A DNA stretch of 64,000 bases from Macrostomum lignano. Its lineage: Eukaryota. Where the stretch lies: the NCBI GenBank assembly GCA_002269645.1, contig NIVC01000396.1, positions 372,001 to 436,000 of the forward strand, in the 5' to 3' direction. This document shows, piece by piece, positions 11,301-21,516 of the stretch. Each line of letters opens with the position of its first letter. The stretch's first letter is position 1. The notes under the pieces are model-generated. The model saw nothing but the letters and a program-made list of their open reading frames with translations. It made no database searches and was not told the origin of the DNA. A program made the translations under genes and the position numbers.

Positions 11301-13754
11301 CGACTGATGACGTCCTGATACTGCTTTGCTAGATCCGGATCTTTGCGGAGCCTCTTCTCGGTATTTGCAAGCCGCCTGATAGCCATTTCAAAGTTGCTAT
11401 CTTTAAACGTGACATCCGGTTTCCACGGAATGCCAACTTGGTATCGCCCATCGACGAACTTTAGCGATGATCGAGTTCTTTCCAAAGCGAGCTGCTCTGC
11501 ATTAGTAAATGAAGATGGTTCGATGCTTCTCACCTCTTCTACTTCCCAAAACTGGCGTAACAGTGGCGCTAGATTCTCAGACCCGCCTCGGCTGAAGAAC
11601 GTGTTTGCAAACAACGCGTGCTCCGAAGCTCATCAACTCTACCGATACAAGTCCAACCTAAAGGTGTCAGCCGCGCTTGCGGATCTCCGGGGTCGCCGGT
11701 CACTTCCAACTGTGATGCATGCAAGTCTGGGTGATCGACTCCGATCAGCAAGTCAACCTCCGCTGGCGTTTGCATTCTTGGAAACGGAATGTTTGCTAAG
11801 TGCGACCATTTCGACGCCAATTCTTGCCAATCTACTACTTCCATGTTCCCTGTCACTCTATCTACCGTCAGCGCAGTAATCTCCTTGCTTATTTAGCCGT
11901 CAGTACTCTCCAAGGTGCATGACACTGGTGCTGTTATGAAGGTTTCCACCTGTCCGTTCAACACGTTTACCTGCATTGATTCATGTTTGCCGTGCAGGCC
12001 AAGCTTGGATGCTATCGCCGTATTCAAATAGGTCTTTGTGCTGGCGTCATCAAGTAAGGCATTGACCTTTACCGCTCGCCTATTCGCCTTAAGAATGACC
12101 GGAACCGTTCGAAGTGAAACCGCACTGGCTTCTCTAGCGACCATTGTCACGGTTGCAGCTTTCGGCTTCGACTGCATTTCTTGCTCAGCGCCGGCTTTGA
12201 CTTCTGACTTCTCTTTCGATTCCGACCTTGCTGTCGAATGCAGCAGACGATGGTGGGATTTGGTGCATCCATCAACGCCGCACTTTCGACCTCGTCGGCA
12301 GTTCATACCGGTGTGACCATGGCCAAGACAGCAGAAACAGGCTTTGGCTTCCTGAGCAGCCTTCCATCTGTTCTCAGACGACAGTTTCCCGAATGCGGGA
12401 CACTTCCATAGATCGTGCGCCTCCTTGCAGACTACACAAGAGTAGCTCCCCTTGCTTGAGCTCTTGCTTAGCTGCGCTACATGGAAGGCCTTCTGCTTGC
12501 TGTCCTTTCTTGGTTGCTCCTGACTCGATGCGGCCACCCCGTACACAATTTCTGCTGCCTCAGTCCGGAACTCTGCCTCACGCAAAACCCACTCTCGAAG
12601 GGTCCTAACGCCTTCTGCTTTCGCCTTCTCGAAGATCCATCGTCGAAATGCTGCGACCATCGGCTCTGGTAACTTTTTTTGCAATCTAGCATAAAGCAGT
12701 CCATCACTAAGTTCGGAGTTCTTACCAGCTTCTTCCAAATTAATTACAGCCACATCGAGGATGTTTGCGAATTTCTTCAGCTCCTCGGCACTATTCTGCT
12801 TCACGGGTGGAAAACTATCTAGCTCCTCCAAGTAGTGCGCCAACTGTCGTCGCTTGCCGCCGTACTCACGCTCCAATCTCTCCTTGGCCGCCTGATAGGC
12901 AGCAGCCGAATGACCCAAGTGCTCTATTACTGCCTCTAATACTGACGCAACTGCAGCAGTTTGAACTCTGGTGTTGCTGGAGCCCTATCGATGCAAGCCA
13001 TGAAGGCAGCCTTCCACGCTTCATACTGTTGCTTGTCGCCATAGAATGTTGAAATCTCCACTCTGCGCAACATCTTCCAGAGATCCTTCGACAGCTCTTG
13101 CTCCGAAGAGTTGCCGAGCCTGCATTCGTCTACTGATTCAGAAGAGCTTGTTCGATCATCCGCTCTCATCTCGAAACCCGCATGCTGATTTGAAGAAGGC
13201 AGGTAGCCAAACTCACCAAGGTCTCTGTAGGGCCTCTGCTGTCTCTGTCCTCGCATGAAGTCCGGCTCTGCAACACTGAATCCGATTTGCCGATCTAGAT
13301 TGACTGCACCCAGCGATTGGGCTGTCGCTGCCGCCGACTCTGCCGCCGGCTCTGCTGCCGACGCTGCCGCTGTCTCCTGAGGAACTTGTGCCGCTGCAGA
13401 TGGTGACTGCTGAGTTGCTAGGAAACGCTGGACCTCTCGCATGCTGACGCGGTAGTCCTCCTCGACGGTTTCTATTTCATCGAGCAGCCGAGAGTGCTGT
13501 ACTGCGTCGCTGTTGTTTCGTTGCAACTCGTCGCTCAACTCATACAGCGCCTCGATTGTTCCCTCGAAGATCTCGGTTACGGCTTCGCATTGGTGCTGAA
13601 TTTCGCTCTTGTCAGAACCATCTTGTAATAGCCAGGCCAGTTTATTTCGATTCTTGGTCAGCGCAGACTTGAACTTGGTCTTTTGTCGCCTCAGAGCATT
13701 CAGCGAAGCAACATCGGGCTCTGGCGCTTGCTTCTGTTTTTCGTCGTCGCTCAT
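8326..13754 (-). pseudogene. Disrupted gag-pol polyprotein of the BEL/Pao element
   Basis: ORF fragments 12936-13754, 11893-12918, 11569-11856, 11123-11614, 9732-11063, 8972-9922, 8397-9050 and 8326-8613 join into one gag-PR-RT-RH-IN polyprotein. About 8 lesions: frameshifts, an in-frame TAA at 11893, deletion of an RT motif near 11120, loss of an integrase Asp near 9008. Confidence 0.92.
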
Positions 13755-13798
13755 ACTGATCTAACAGAGTATTGGACACGATGTACTGTGGCTTGAGT

Positions 13799-13816
13799 AA
13801 CCACGCTCTGCTGCCA
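13799..13816 (-). other. Primer-binding site TGGCAGCAGAGCGTGGTT, initiator-Met-tRNA-like
   Basis: Lies 2 nt inside the CA end of the 5' LTR and starts TGG. Matches 15/18 to the complement of the metazoan tRNA-iMet 3' end as I recall it. Confidence 0.7.
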
Positions 13817-13854
13817 AATGGTTGCTAGAATAACTCGAGATGAAAGACAAACTA

Positions 13855-15630
13855 CCTTAGTGCATTCAAAAAGTTCTTAGACACCCCTCATATCTCTGCA
13901 TCTGTTCGACCGATTTTGATGAGAATTTATACAAACATGGGTCTATATTTTGATGAATTCAGTGCTAGAGTTTCAGCTTGGTCGTATAGACAGAACGAAA
14001 GCAATCGATCATTTACTGACGAACCTACGAAATTAGCAATACGATTTTTAAACAGCATCGGATCTGGACCTTACTCTAAACTGGGGGGGGGGGTTGTGAA
14101 ATCGCAGCTTGTTTTTAGAGGAATAAAAGCTTTCGCTGAGTATTGATTAATCATTACTTTCAAGCTGCGAGGGTTTAGCCATAGACAAAAAAGATAGAAC
14201 AAAGCAGTAGGCAGCATTAGACTGAGTGTGCAGAATGAACGTCAGATTGAAATGCTGAGATGCAGAACCAACCTCGGACGGTTTAAGAATGGCTAGTGCA
14301 TATGGCGATAAAGTTTCGCAGCGCCTGATCGTTTTTGCTTTTGCGGACGAAGGCATGTCCATGAACACTATCCACCAGAGATTAGTCAGCCGTTTTGGAG
14401 ATGATGCCTGCTGTCGAGCAACCGTCGCGAACTGGGTCCGGAAGAGAAAGGACGGCGAAACGAGCGTGCAGGACAAGCCACGCTCAGGCCGACCAGCTAC
14501 TGCAGTCAACGACAGCAGTGCCATCCTGATCGAAGAGCTGGTAAGTGAAAACGGCCACATCACTATTGACGAGTTGGCCAATGCCGCCGAGATTTCGTGT
14601 GGCTCAGTCTTCCAAATTCTGCACGAGCATCTTGGTCTGTCTAAGCTGGTCTCTCGATGGGTGCCAAGACTGCTAACTGCCGAGCAGAAAAATCGCCGAT
14701 ACGAAGTCTGCTTGCAACAAAGGGCGGCAATTTCAGCTCTGAGAGACGAGTTCAAAAGCAGATTTGTAACTCAAGATGAGTCCATGTTTGCCCTGTACGA
14801 CCCACTCTCCCGGCGGGAGTTGAGGGCCTGGCTTCCGAGGGGCGGCGGCGGCGGTGACGTCGAAAGCGCAGGCACCTATCCCAAGAAGATCATGTTAAGT
14901 GTTTTTTGGGATGCGAGCGGGCCCCTCATGTTCACGTGGTACGGCCAGGGCCAGACACAGAACAGCGAGCGGTTTTGTGACGAGCTCACGACGCTGAGAC
15001 AGGAGCTACTGCAACGGCGTCGGATCGTGCGCAAGGGCGTCCTGCTGCACTGCGACAATGCCCGGCCGCACTCGGCAGCCCTCACTCGCTCTCACATCGA
15101 CAGCCTCAGATTCCAGCAGTGGCAGCATCCGCCCTACTCGCCTGATTTGGCACCGTCTGACTATGGCCTTTTTGGACACGTCAAGGCGCAGCTGAGAGGC
15201 AAGAGGTTCGCTAGCTTCCCCGAGCTGCAAACGGCTGTTGAGGGGCTCATCAGAGCGACTCCTAGAGACACGTGGTTAGGATGGATCGAAGAGCTGCCGA
15301 TGCGGTATGACAAGTGCATTCAACGGAACGGTGATTACTTCGAAAATTTTCATGATTGGTGATCTGATTTTTGAAGTTTAGGAACTTGCGAACTTGAACC
15401 GTTTGCCCTTTTGCTTGTACGTTTTGTTATGTGCTTAAAATCGTATTGCTGGTTTCGTGGGTTCGTCGGTGGGTGATCGATTGCTTTCGTTCTGTCTATA
15501 CGACCAAGCTGAAACTCTAGCACTGAATTCATCAAAATATAGACCCATGTTTGTATAAATTCTCATCAAAATCGGTCGAACAGATGCAGAGATATGAGGG
15601 GTGTCTAAGAACTTTTTGAATGCACTAAGG
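13855..15630 (+). mobile_element. Mariner (DD34D) DNA transposon, 1776 bp, with 157-bp perfect TIRs and TA TSD
   Basis: TIRs at 13855-14011 and 15474-15630. TA at 13853-13854 and 15631-15632 duplicates the single TA of the uninterrupted LTR (aaacTAtatgc). Confidence 0.96.
14289..15362 (+). CDS. Mariner transposase, 357 aa, apparently intact
   Basis: WVPRLL (WVPHEL-like motif), TQDESM, LLHCDNARPH, YSPDLAPSDY. Exactly 34 residues lie between the second and third Asp. Confidence 0.95.
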   Translation: MASAYGDKVSQRLIVFAFADEGMSMNTIHQRLVSRFGDDACCRATVANWVRKRKDGETSVQDKPRSGRPATAVNDSSAILIEELVSENGHITIDELANAAEISCGSVFQILHEHLGLSKLVSRWVPRLLTAEQKNRRYEVCLQQRAAISALRDEFKSRFVTQDESMFALYDPLSRRELRAWLPRGGGGGDVESAGTYPKKIMLSVFWDASGPLMFTWYGQGQTQNSERFCDELTTLRQELLQRRRIVRKGVLLHCDNARPHSAALTRSHIDSLRFQQWQHPPYSPDLAPSDYGLFGHVKAQLRGKRFASFPELQTAVEGLIRATPRDTWLGWIEELPMRYDKCIQRNGDYFENFHDW

Positions 15631-15901
15631 TATATGCTGCGCTATTGAAACGATGAAAAACGAAAAGGCCTCTTGAGCGAGATGCTCTGGGTCGATATAT
15701 TTAATGAGCTGAGTGAAAGCGTACAATACACGTGAGCGTAATGTGGGGTGGGGCGATCAGTGAAGAATGAAAGTGGTGCGATCAATAATTAGGGACTGTA
15801 CGTATGAGCAAAAAAAATATGTTAGCCTAATTGAACGTACATGTAGCTATTGCAAACGAAAAGTTTAAGAAATACCACGAGACAGTGGCAGCTCCAGAAC
15901 A

Positions 15902-17210
15902 AGCATCAACCGCTACAAATATGCATCAGGCGCCAAAATAAGCATCAACCGCCAAAAATAAGCATCAGGCGCCAAAATAAGCATCAACCGCCAAAAATAA
16001 GCATCAGGCGCCAAAATAAGCATCAACCGCCACAAATATGCATCAGGCGCCAAAATAAGCATCAGCCGCCAAAAATAAGCATCAACCGCCAAAAATAAGC
16101 ATCAGGCGCCAAAATAAGCATCAACCGTCAAAAATAAGCATCAGGCGCCAAAATAAGCATCAACCGCCAAAAATATGCATCAGCCGCCAAAAATAAGCAT
16201 CAACCGCCAAAAATAAGCATCAGCCGCCAAAAATAAGCATCAGGCGCCCAAAATAAGCATCAACCGCCAAAAATATGCATCAGGCGCCCAAAATAAGCAT
16301 CAACCGCCAAAAATATGCATCAGGCGCCAAAAATAAGCATCAACCGCCAAAAATAAGCATCAACCGCCAAAAATATGCATCAGGCGCCAAAAATAAGCAT
16401 CAACCGTCAAAAATATGCATCAGGCGCCAAAATAAGCATCAACCGCCAAAAATAAGCATCAGGTGCCAAAAATAAGCATCAACCGCCAAAAATAAGCATC
16501 AGGTGCCAAAAATATGCATCAGGCGCCAAAAATAAACATCAGGTGCCAAAAATAAGCATCAGGTGCCAAAAATAAGCATCAGGCGCCCAAAATAAGCATC
16601 AACCGCCAAAAATATGCATCAGGCGCCAAAAATAAGCATCAACCGCCAAAAATAAGCATCAGCCGCCAAAAATAAGCATCAGGCGCCCAAAATAAGCATC
16701 AACCGCCAAAAATATGCATCAGGCGCCCAAAATAAGCATCAACCGCCAAAAATATGCATCAGGCGCCAAAAATAAGCATCAGGCGCCAAAAATAAGCATC
16801 AGGTGCCAAAAATATGCATCAGCCGCCAAAAATAAGCATCAACCGCCAAAAATATGCATCAGCCGCCAAAAATAAGCATCAGGCGCCAAAAATAAGCATC
16901 AACCGCCAAAAATATGCATCAGCCGCCAAAAATAAGCATCAGGCGCCAAAAATAAGCATCAACCGCCAAAAATAAGCATCAGGCGCCAAAAATAAGCATC
17001 AGGCGCCAAAAATAAGCATCAGGCGCCAAAAATAAGCGTCAGGTGCCAAAAATAAGCATCAGGCGCCAAAAATAAGCGTCAGGTGCCAAAAATAAGCATC
17101 AGGCGCCAAAAATAAGCATCAGACGCCAAAAATAAGCATCAGGCGCCAAAAATAAGCATCAAGCGCCAAAAATAAGCATCAGGCGCCAAAAATAAGCATC
17201 AGGCGCCAAA
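15902..17210. repeat. 20-bp satellite, right block
   Basis: Same unit as 4545-6750; resumes directly after the TSD. Confidence 0.95.
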
Positions 17211-17756
17211 AGCAAGTAGTCGGGACGGCAGGAGCGCGTAAAGGACGCCAAAATCAGCAGCACTTTTATAGAATTTCTGCCGATGGTTCGTCAAGCCCAT
17301 AACTTCCCGAACGGCTTAACCTGCATAAGTTCGCTCCCCAGCCTTAATTAGGCGTCAAATGAATTTCACTCGAACTGGAAAACCCCAGTTGTTCTTTGGT
17401 CTAAATTTAGATCAAAGCTAAATTATTCATTTAACCTAAAGATGCAGTTTTGTAATAAACTCTATTAATATTGGTCCATTAATAAAGCACTCAGGCTTGC
17501 ATTAACATCCTGTTAATAAGCTTTGTCATATTATTTATTTATTGGCTTTCGTCCAGTCTTTTTTTATACGTCTCGTGTCTAAACATGGCCTTAAGTCTGC
17601 TAAGTTCAACTGAGGATTTAAAACTTGAGTCGCACCTCATTCTCAACATGGTTTCAAATTTCATTTAGAGATGCAAAATTGACTTCCTCTGAGTTCAGAG
17701 ATTCCTTAAATGAGCTCTGCTCCATCCATGGACTCGCCTCAGAACTCCCAAAAAAC

Positions 17757-18297
17757 GCGCTGCCCCAGAGATCCCTAAAGGTGAGCTGCCCCAGAGATCC
17801 CTAAAGGTGAGCTGCCCCAGAGATCCCTAAAGGTGAGCTGCCCCAGAGATCCCTAAAGGTGAGCTGCCCCAGAGATCCCTAAAAGTGAGCTGCCCCAGAG
17901 ATCCCTAAAAGTGAGCTGCCCCAGAGATCCCTAAAGGTGAGCTGCCCCAGAGATCCCTAAAAGTGAGCTGCCCCAGAGATCCCTAAAAGTGAGCTGCCCC
18001 AGAGATCCCTAAAAGTGAGCTGCCCCAGAGATCCCTAAAGGTGAGCTGCCCCAGAGATCCCTAAAAGTGAGCTGCCCCAGAGATCCCTAAAAGTGAGCTG
18101 CCCCAGAGATCCCTAAAGGTGAGCTGCCCCAGAGATCCCTAAAAGTGAGCTGCCCCAGAGATCCCTAAAAGTGAGCTGCCCCAGAGATCCCTAAAAGTGA
18201 GCTGCCCCAGAGATCACTAAAAGTGAGCTGCCTCAGAGATCTCTAAAAGTGAGCTGCCTCAGAGATCCCTAAAAGTGAGCTGCCTCAGAGATCCCTA
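17757..18297. repeat. 26-bp minisatellite (tgccccagagatccctaaaRgtgagc), about 20 copies
   Basis: Near-perfect tandem units. Confidence 0.95.
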
Positions 18298-18829
18298 ATC
18301 AACCCTTGAAAGATCCTGTAATGAACTAAAATTTGAGCAATGAATCTCCACATTTTTATCCCGAATTTGTGGCACAAAATATTTCTGCACTAAACTCATG
18401 TCTAGCCAGTGGAAGTTTATTAACTTTTTATCTGCCATGTGGCTAAAATACGAATTTAGCTCAACAAACAATTTGAGCAGTCCCAGTATATTGTAGTTGG
18501 GCGTCCACCTTTAGATGCTCCCCTTTTCCGAGGCGGCACGTGCCAGATAAGATTAGAGATAAGAATAGCGCTCTTCAGCTCCCCCTGTCTCCACGATTAA
18601 TTAGGTGCCACTTGCCCCGTCCGTTCCGCTGTCTCTGGCTGACACCTGCGCCCGCCAGGATGCGTTCTGTCAGCTTTCAAAATTTAAATCTCAGATTTTG
18701 GATTCTAGTGACGAGGGAATGATGTTTTATGATATAAATGTATGAGCTACTTGGGATATTCTGGGAGAGTGCACTTTGTCAGCCTGTCAGGCAACCAATC
18801 ACAAGGTCAATCAGTCAGTCATTCGGTTA

Positions 18830-18990
18830 GACAGTCAGTCAGACAACCAATCAGAAGGTCAATCAGTTAGTCATTCTGTCAGACTGTCCATTCGTTCAGT
18901 CAGTCAGTCAGTCGGTCAGTCAGTCAGTCATTCGGTCAGTCAGTCAGTCAGTCAGTCAGTCAGTCAGTCAGTCAGTCAGTCAGTCAGTCA

Positions 18991-19027
<37 letters not shown>

Positions 19028-19099
19028 ACAAACAAACAAGAAGGTCAATCAGTCAGACAGTCAGTCGGTCAGTCAGTCAGTCAGTCAGTCAGTCATTCG

Positions 19100-19138
<39 letters not shown>

Positions 19139-19159
19139 AGTCAGTCAGTCAGTCAGTCA

Positions 19160-19196
<37 letters not shown>

Positions 19197-19472
19197 ACAA
19201 ACAAACAAGAAGGTCAATCAGTCAGACAGTCAGTCGGTCAGTCAGTCAGTCAGTCAGTCAGTCAGTCAGTCAGTCAGTCAGTCAGTCAGTCAGTCAGTCA
19301 GTCAGTCAGTCAGTCAGTCAGTCAGTCAGTCAGTCAGTCAGTCAGTCAGTCAGTCAGTCAGTCAGTCAGTCAGTCAGTCAGTCAGTCAGTCAGTCAGTCA
19401 GTCAGTCAGTCAGTCAGTCAGTCAGTCAGTCATTCGGTCAGTCAGTCAGTCAGTCAGTCAGTCAGTCAGTCA

Positions 19473-19510
<38 letters not shown>

Positions 19511-19567
19511 TAGTCAGTCAGTAAGTCAGTCAGACAGTCATTCGGTCAGTCAGTCAGTCAGTCAGTT

Positions 19568-19598
<31 letters not shown>

Positions 19599-19708
19599 TA
19601 GTCAGTCAGTAAGTCAGTCAGTCAGTCATTCGGTCAGTCAGTCAGTCAGTCAGTTAGTCAGTCAGTCAGTCAGTCAGTCAGTCAGACAGTCAGTCAGACA
19701 GTCATTCG

Positions 19709-19741
<33 letters not shown>

Positions 19742-19932
19742 ACAGTCATTCGGTCAGTCAGACAGTCAGTCGGTCAGTCAGTCAGTCAGTCAGTCAGTCA
19801 GTCAGTCAGTCAGTCAGTCAGTCAGTCAGTCAGTCAGTCAGTCAGTCAGTCAGTCAGTCAGTCAGTCAGTCAGTCAGTCAGTCAGTCAGTCAGTCAGTCA
19901 GTCAGTCAGTCAGACAGTCAGTCAGTCGGTCA
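18830..19932. repeat. (CAGT)n microsatellite with duplicated interruptions
   Basis: About 1.1 kb of tetranucleotide repeat; the interruption acaaacaaacaagaaggtcaat occurs twice. Confidence 0.96.
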
Positions 19933-20714
19933 GTTTTATTAACCTCTGCCGCCCAAGGCTTGAAAGCGAGAGAAATTACACTGAAATGCGTTAGGCGGAA
20001 GACCTGCAGTCAGTGCCAAAGTGCGGCAACTTTTTCAGGCTTCATCGGGCTCGGAGAGGAGGCTGCTGCTTGAGTCTCCGAGTATCAAACAGAACTTTTC
20101 AGCAGTCTCTGCTCTTCTTTATCAGAAGGGGGAGAAACGCCGCCTATTTCTGGCCGAAGCGAGTCGCAGCTGTCACTCTCTACTATAGTTTCCTTGTTAA
20201 TGATGCTGCAATGATGTCGCATTACCTATGATCTTCTATAGTGGAATAAACTGTGAGAAAAGATTCCTTGGATCCGAAGTATTTCAGTGCGTTTTAAGTT
20301 ATCTGCGTTATTCTGCAAAGTTTTAAAAATAAGTGGATTGAGTCCTCTGGCCTAATGGTAAGTACCTGTCTGTGCGGCGCTCAATCGTAAATCTTTTGAA
20401 GGCCGAATGAATAACTAACAAAATCACTCCCAAGAAACCTAACAAGAGTTATTATTTCATTTGTGCTCATTTCTTCTTTCGAAGATGAGTTCCTTTGTAC
20501 TAAAGAATCTACTAGTAAGAGTTGATTGATTGTTGAAAGTGCTAGCAAGTGAGCCTGTTTCTCTAAGAATAGCTGCCATTTGATGCGTGCTCAACCGGCC
20601 AGTGAGCAGCCAGTCTGAGATCGAATGTTTTTAAAAGCTATTCAAATTTTTTGAAATGCAATTTGTGTAGGTCACATTTCAGTAATTAAATCCATGCATT
20701 ACATTTTAACAGAG

Positions 20715-20845
20715 CCAATGCAGCCACATGGTGGCCTGCTCCGCAGCCAATCAGATTGAGTCGCTGCCCATAGCTCTTAGACAAATGCAAGAGCAGCCCC
20801 CGCCCACGCACTGCCGCCCCACCCCCCAAGCCCAGCTCATAAAAG
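20715..20845 (+). promoter_or_regulatory. Putative core promoter of the neuropeptide gene
   Basis: CCAAT at 20715 and 20747, GC-box-like CCCCCGCCC at 20797-20805 and TATA-like CATAAAAG at 20838-20845, in canonical order about 110 bp upstream of ATG 20953. Confidence 0.5.
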
Positions 20846-20952
20846 TCTCCACAGGAGTCGAGCTGCTGTGCCCCGTCCCAAGGAGGAAATTTCAGAGTCC
20901 TAACGAGAACAGTCCAGGTAAATCATTCAAGAACTGCCATTGCTGCTGCGGG

Positions 20953-21264
20953 ATGTCCAACAGAGCTGCCCCTACCGCCGTCTGCGACTCGAAGAAGCCG
21001 TTGCTGCCGCTGTTGCTGCTGCCGCTGCTGCTGCTGGTGACCGGCGGCGCTAAAGCGGCGCCTCTGCAGTTTTCGGCGCTGTCGGAGGCGCCAGCCCGTG
21101 ACGTCACCCATGAAGTCAGCGTCAGAGCTGTCGGCAAGCGCGGCGGCTGGCTGGTGCAGGTGCGAGACAAGGTGCTGCTGTTCAGGTCGGAGAGGGACGC
21201 CAAGGCGTTCCTGAGCAGCCACTATCACCACCTGTGGGCTGTGAACCGGCCCCGGTTCGGCTGA
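20953..21264 (+). CDS. npf: Neuropeptide F (NPF/NPY-like) precursor, 103 aa, intronless
   Basis: Hydrophobic signal peptide (PLLPLLLLPLLLLVTGGAKA), a GKR site, then a 39-aa peptide ending RPRF followed by the amide-donor G and stop. Aromatic-Leu at -17/-16, as in invertebrate NPFs. Start revised from ORF 20728 to the Met preceding the signal peptide. Confidence 0.8.
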   Translation: MSNRAAPTAVCDSKKPLLPLLLLPLLLLVTGGAKAAPLQFSALSEAPARDVTHEVSVRAVGKRGGWLVQVRDKVLLFRSERDAKAFLSSHYHHLWAVNRPRFG

Positions 21265-21408
21265 CGGCACCGGCCATTCTTGGCGCCATTTTTGTCATCA
21301 TTCTAAAGTAATTTTGAGCTTGTAAAAATAATGGACAGACAGCTTGTACCCAGCGATGCGGAGTTGCTCTAATGGCAACAGCTAATTGTTTAGCTATCTC
21401 TACTTATT

Positions 21409-21414
21409 AATAAA
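21409..21414 (+). terminator. Candidate polyadenylation signal AATAAA of the npf gene
   Basis: AATAAA about 145 bp after the stop codon. Confidence 0.4.
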
Positions 21415-21516
21415 TATATGCTACCATTGAAGTCCCACTTGCCGCGGTGCATTGGGGAAAATACATAAATAATCAGAGTTATACTCTGTAGGCTTCCTGA
21501 ATTATGAACTCATGTA

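Larger units (their letters stand above)
7396..15901 (-). mobile_element. BEL/Pao LTR retrotransposon, full length but defective, with a nested mariner
   Basis: Two LTRs of about 306 bp; 5-bp TSD AGCAT (7391-7395, 15902-15906); PBS 13799-13816; PPT 7702-7714. Domain order is gag (DUF1759-like, three Cys-His knuckles), protease (LLDDAS), RT (YMDD), RNase H (FVDAS, PRLEL, NPAD), integrase, which is typical of BEL/Pao. Confidence 0.95.
13819..15901 (-). repeat. 5' LTR of the BEL/Pao element, split into 13819-13854 and 15633-15901 by the mariner
   Basis: Rejoined it is 305 bp. It differs from the 3' LTR only by TG/TA at one terminus and an A4/A5 run. Confidence 0.93.

Noticed and set aside
11893-12935. 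Programmed gag-pol frameshift or readthrough
   Set aside because: Breaks fall inside conserved domains and coexist with deletions of catalytic motifs, so decay or error is the simpler explanation.
14147-14755. 202-aa minus-strand ORF in the mariner
   Set aside because: Antisense shadow of the transposase with no recognisable motifs.
20728-20952. N-terminal extension of the neuropeptide ORF
   Set aside because: Overlaps the CCAAT/GC/TATA-like elements and would bury the signal peptide; ATG 20953 is preferred.
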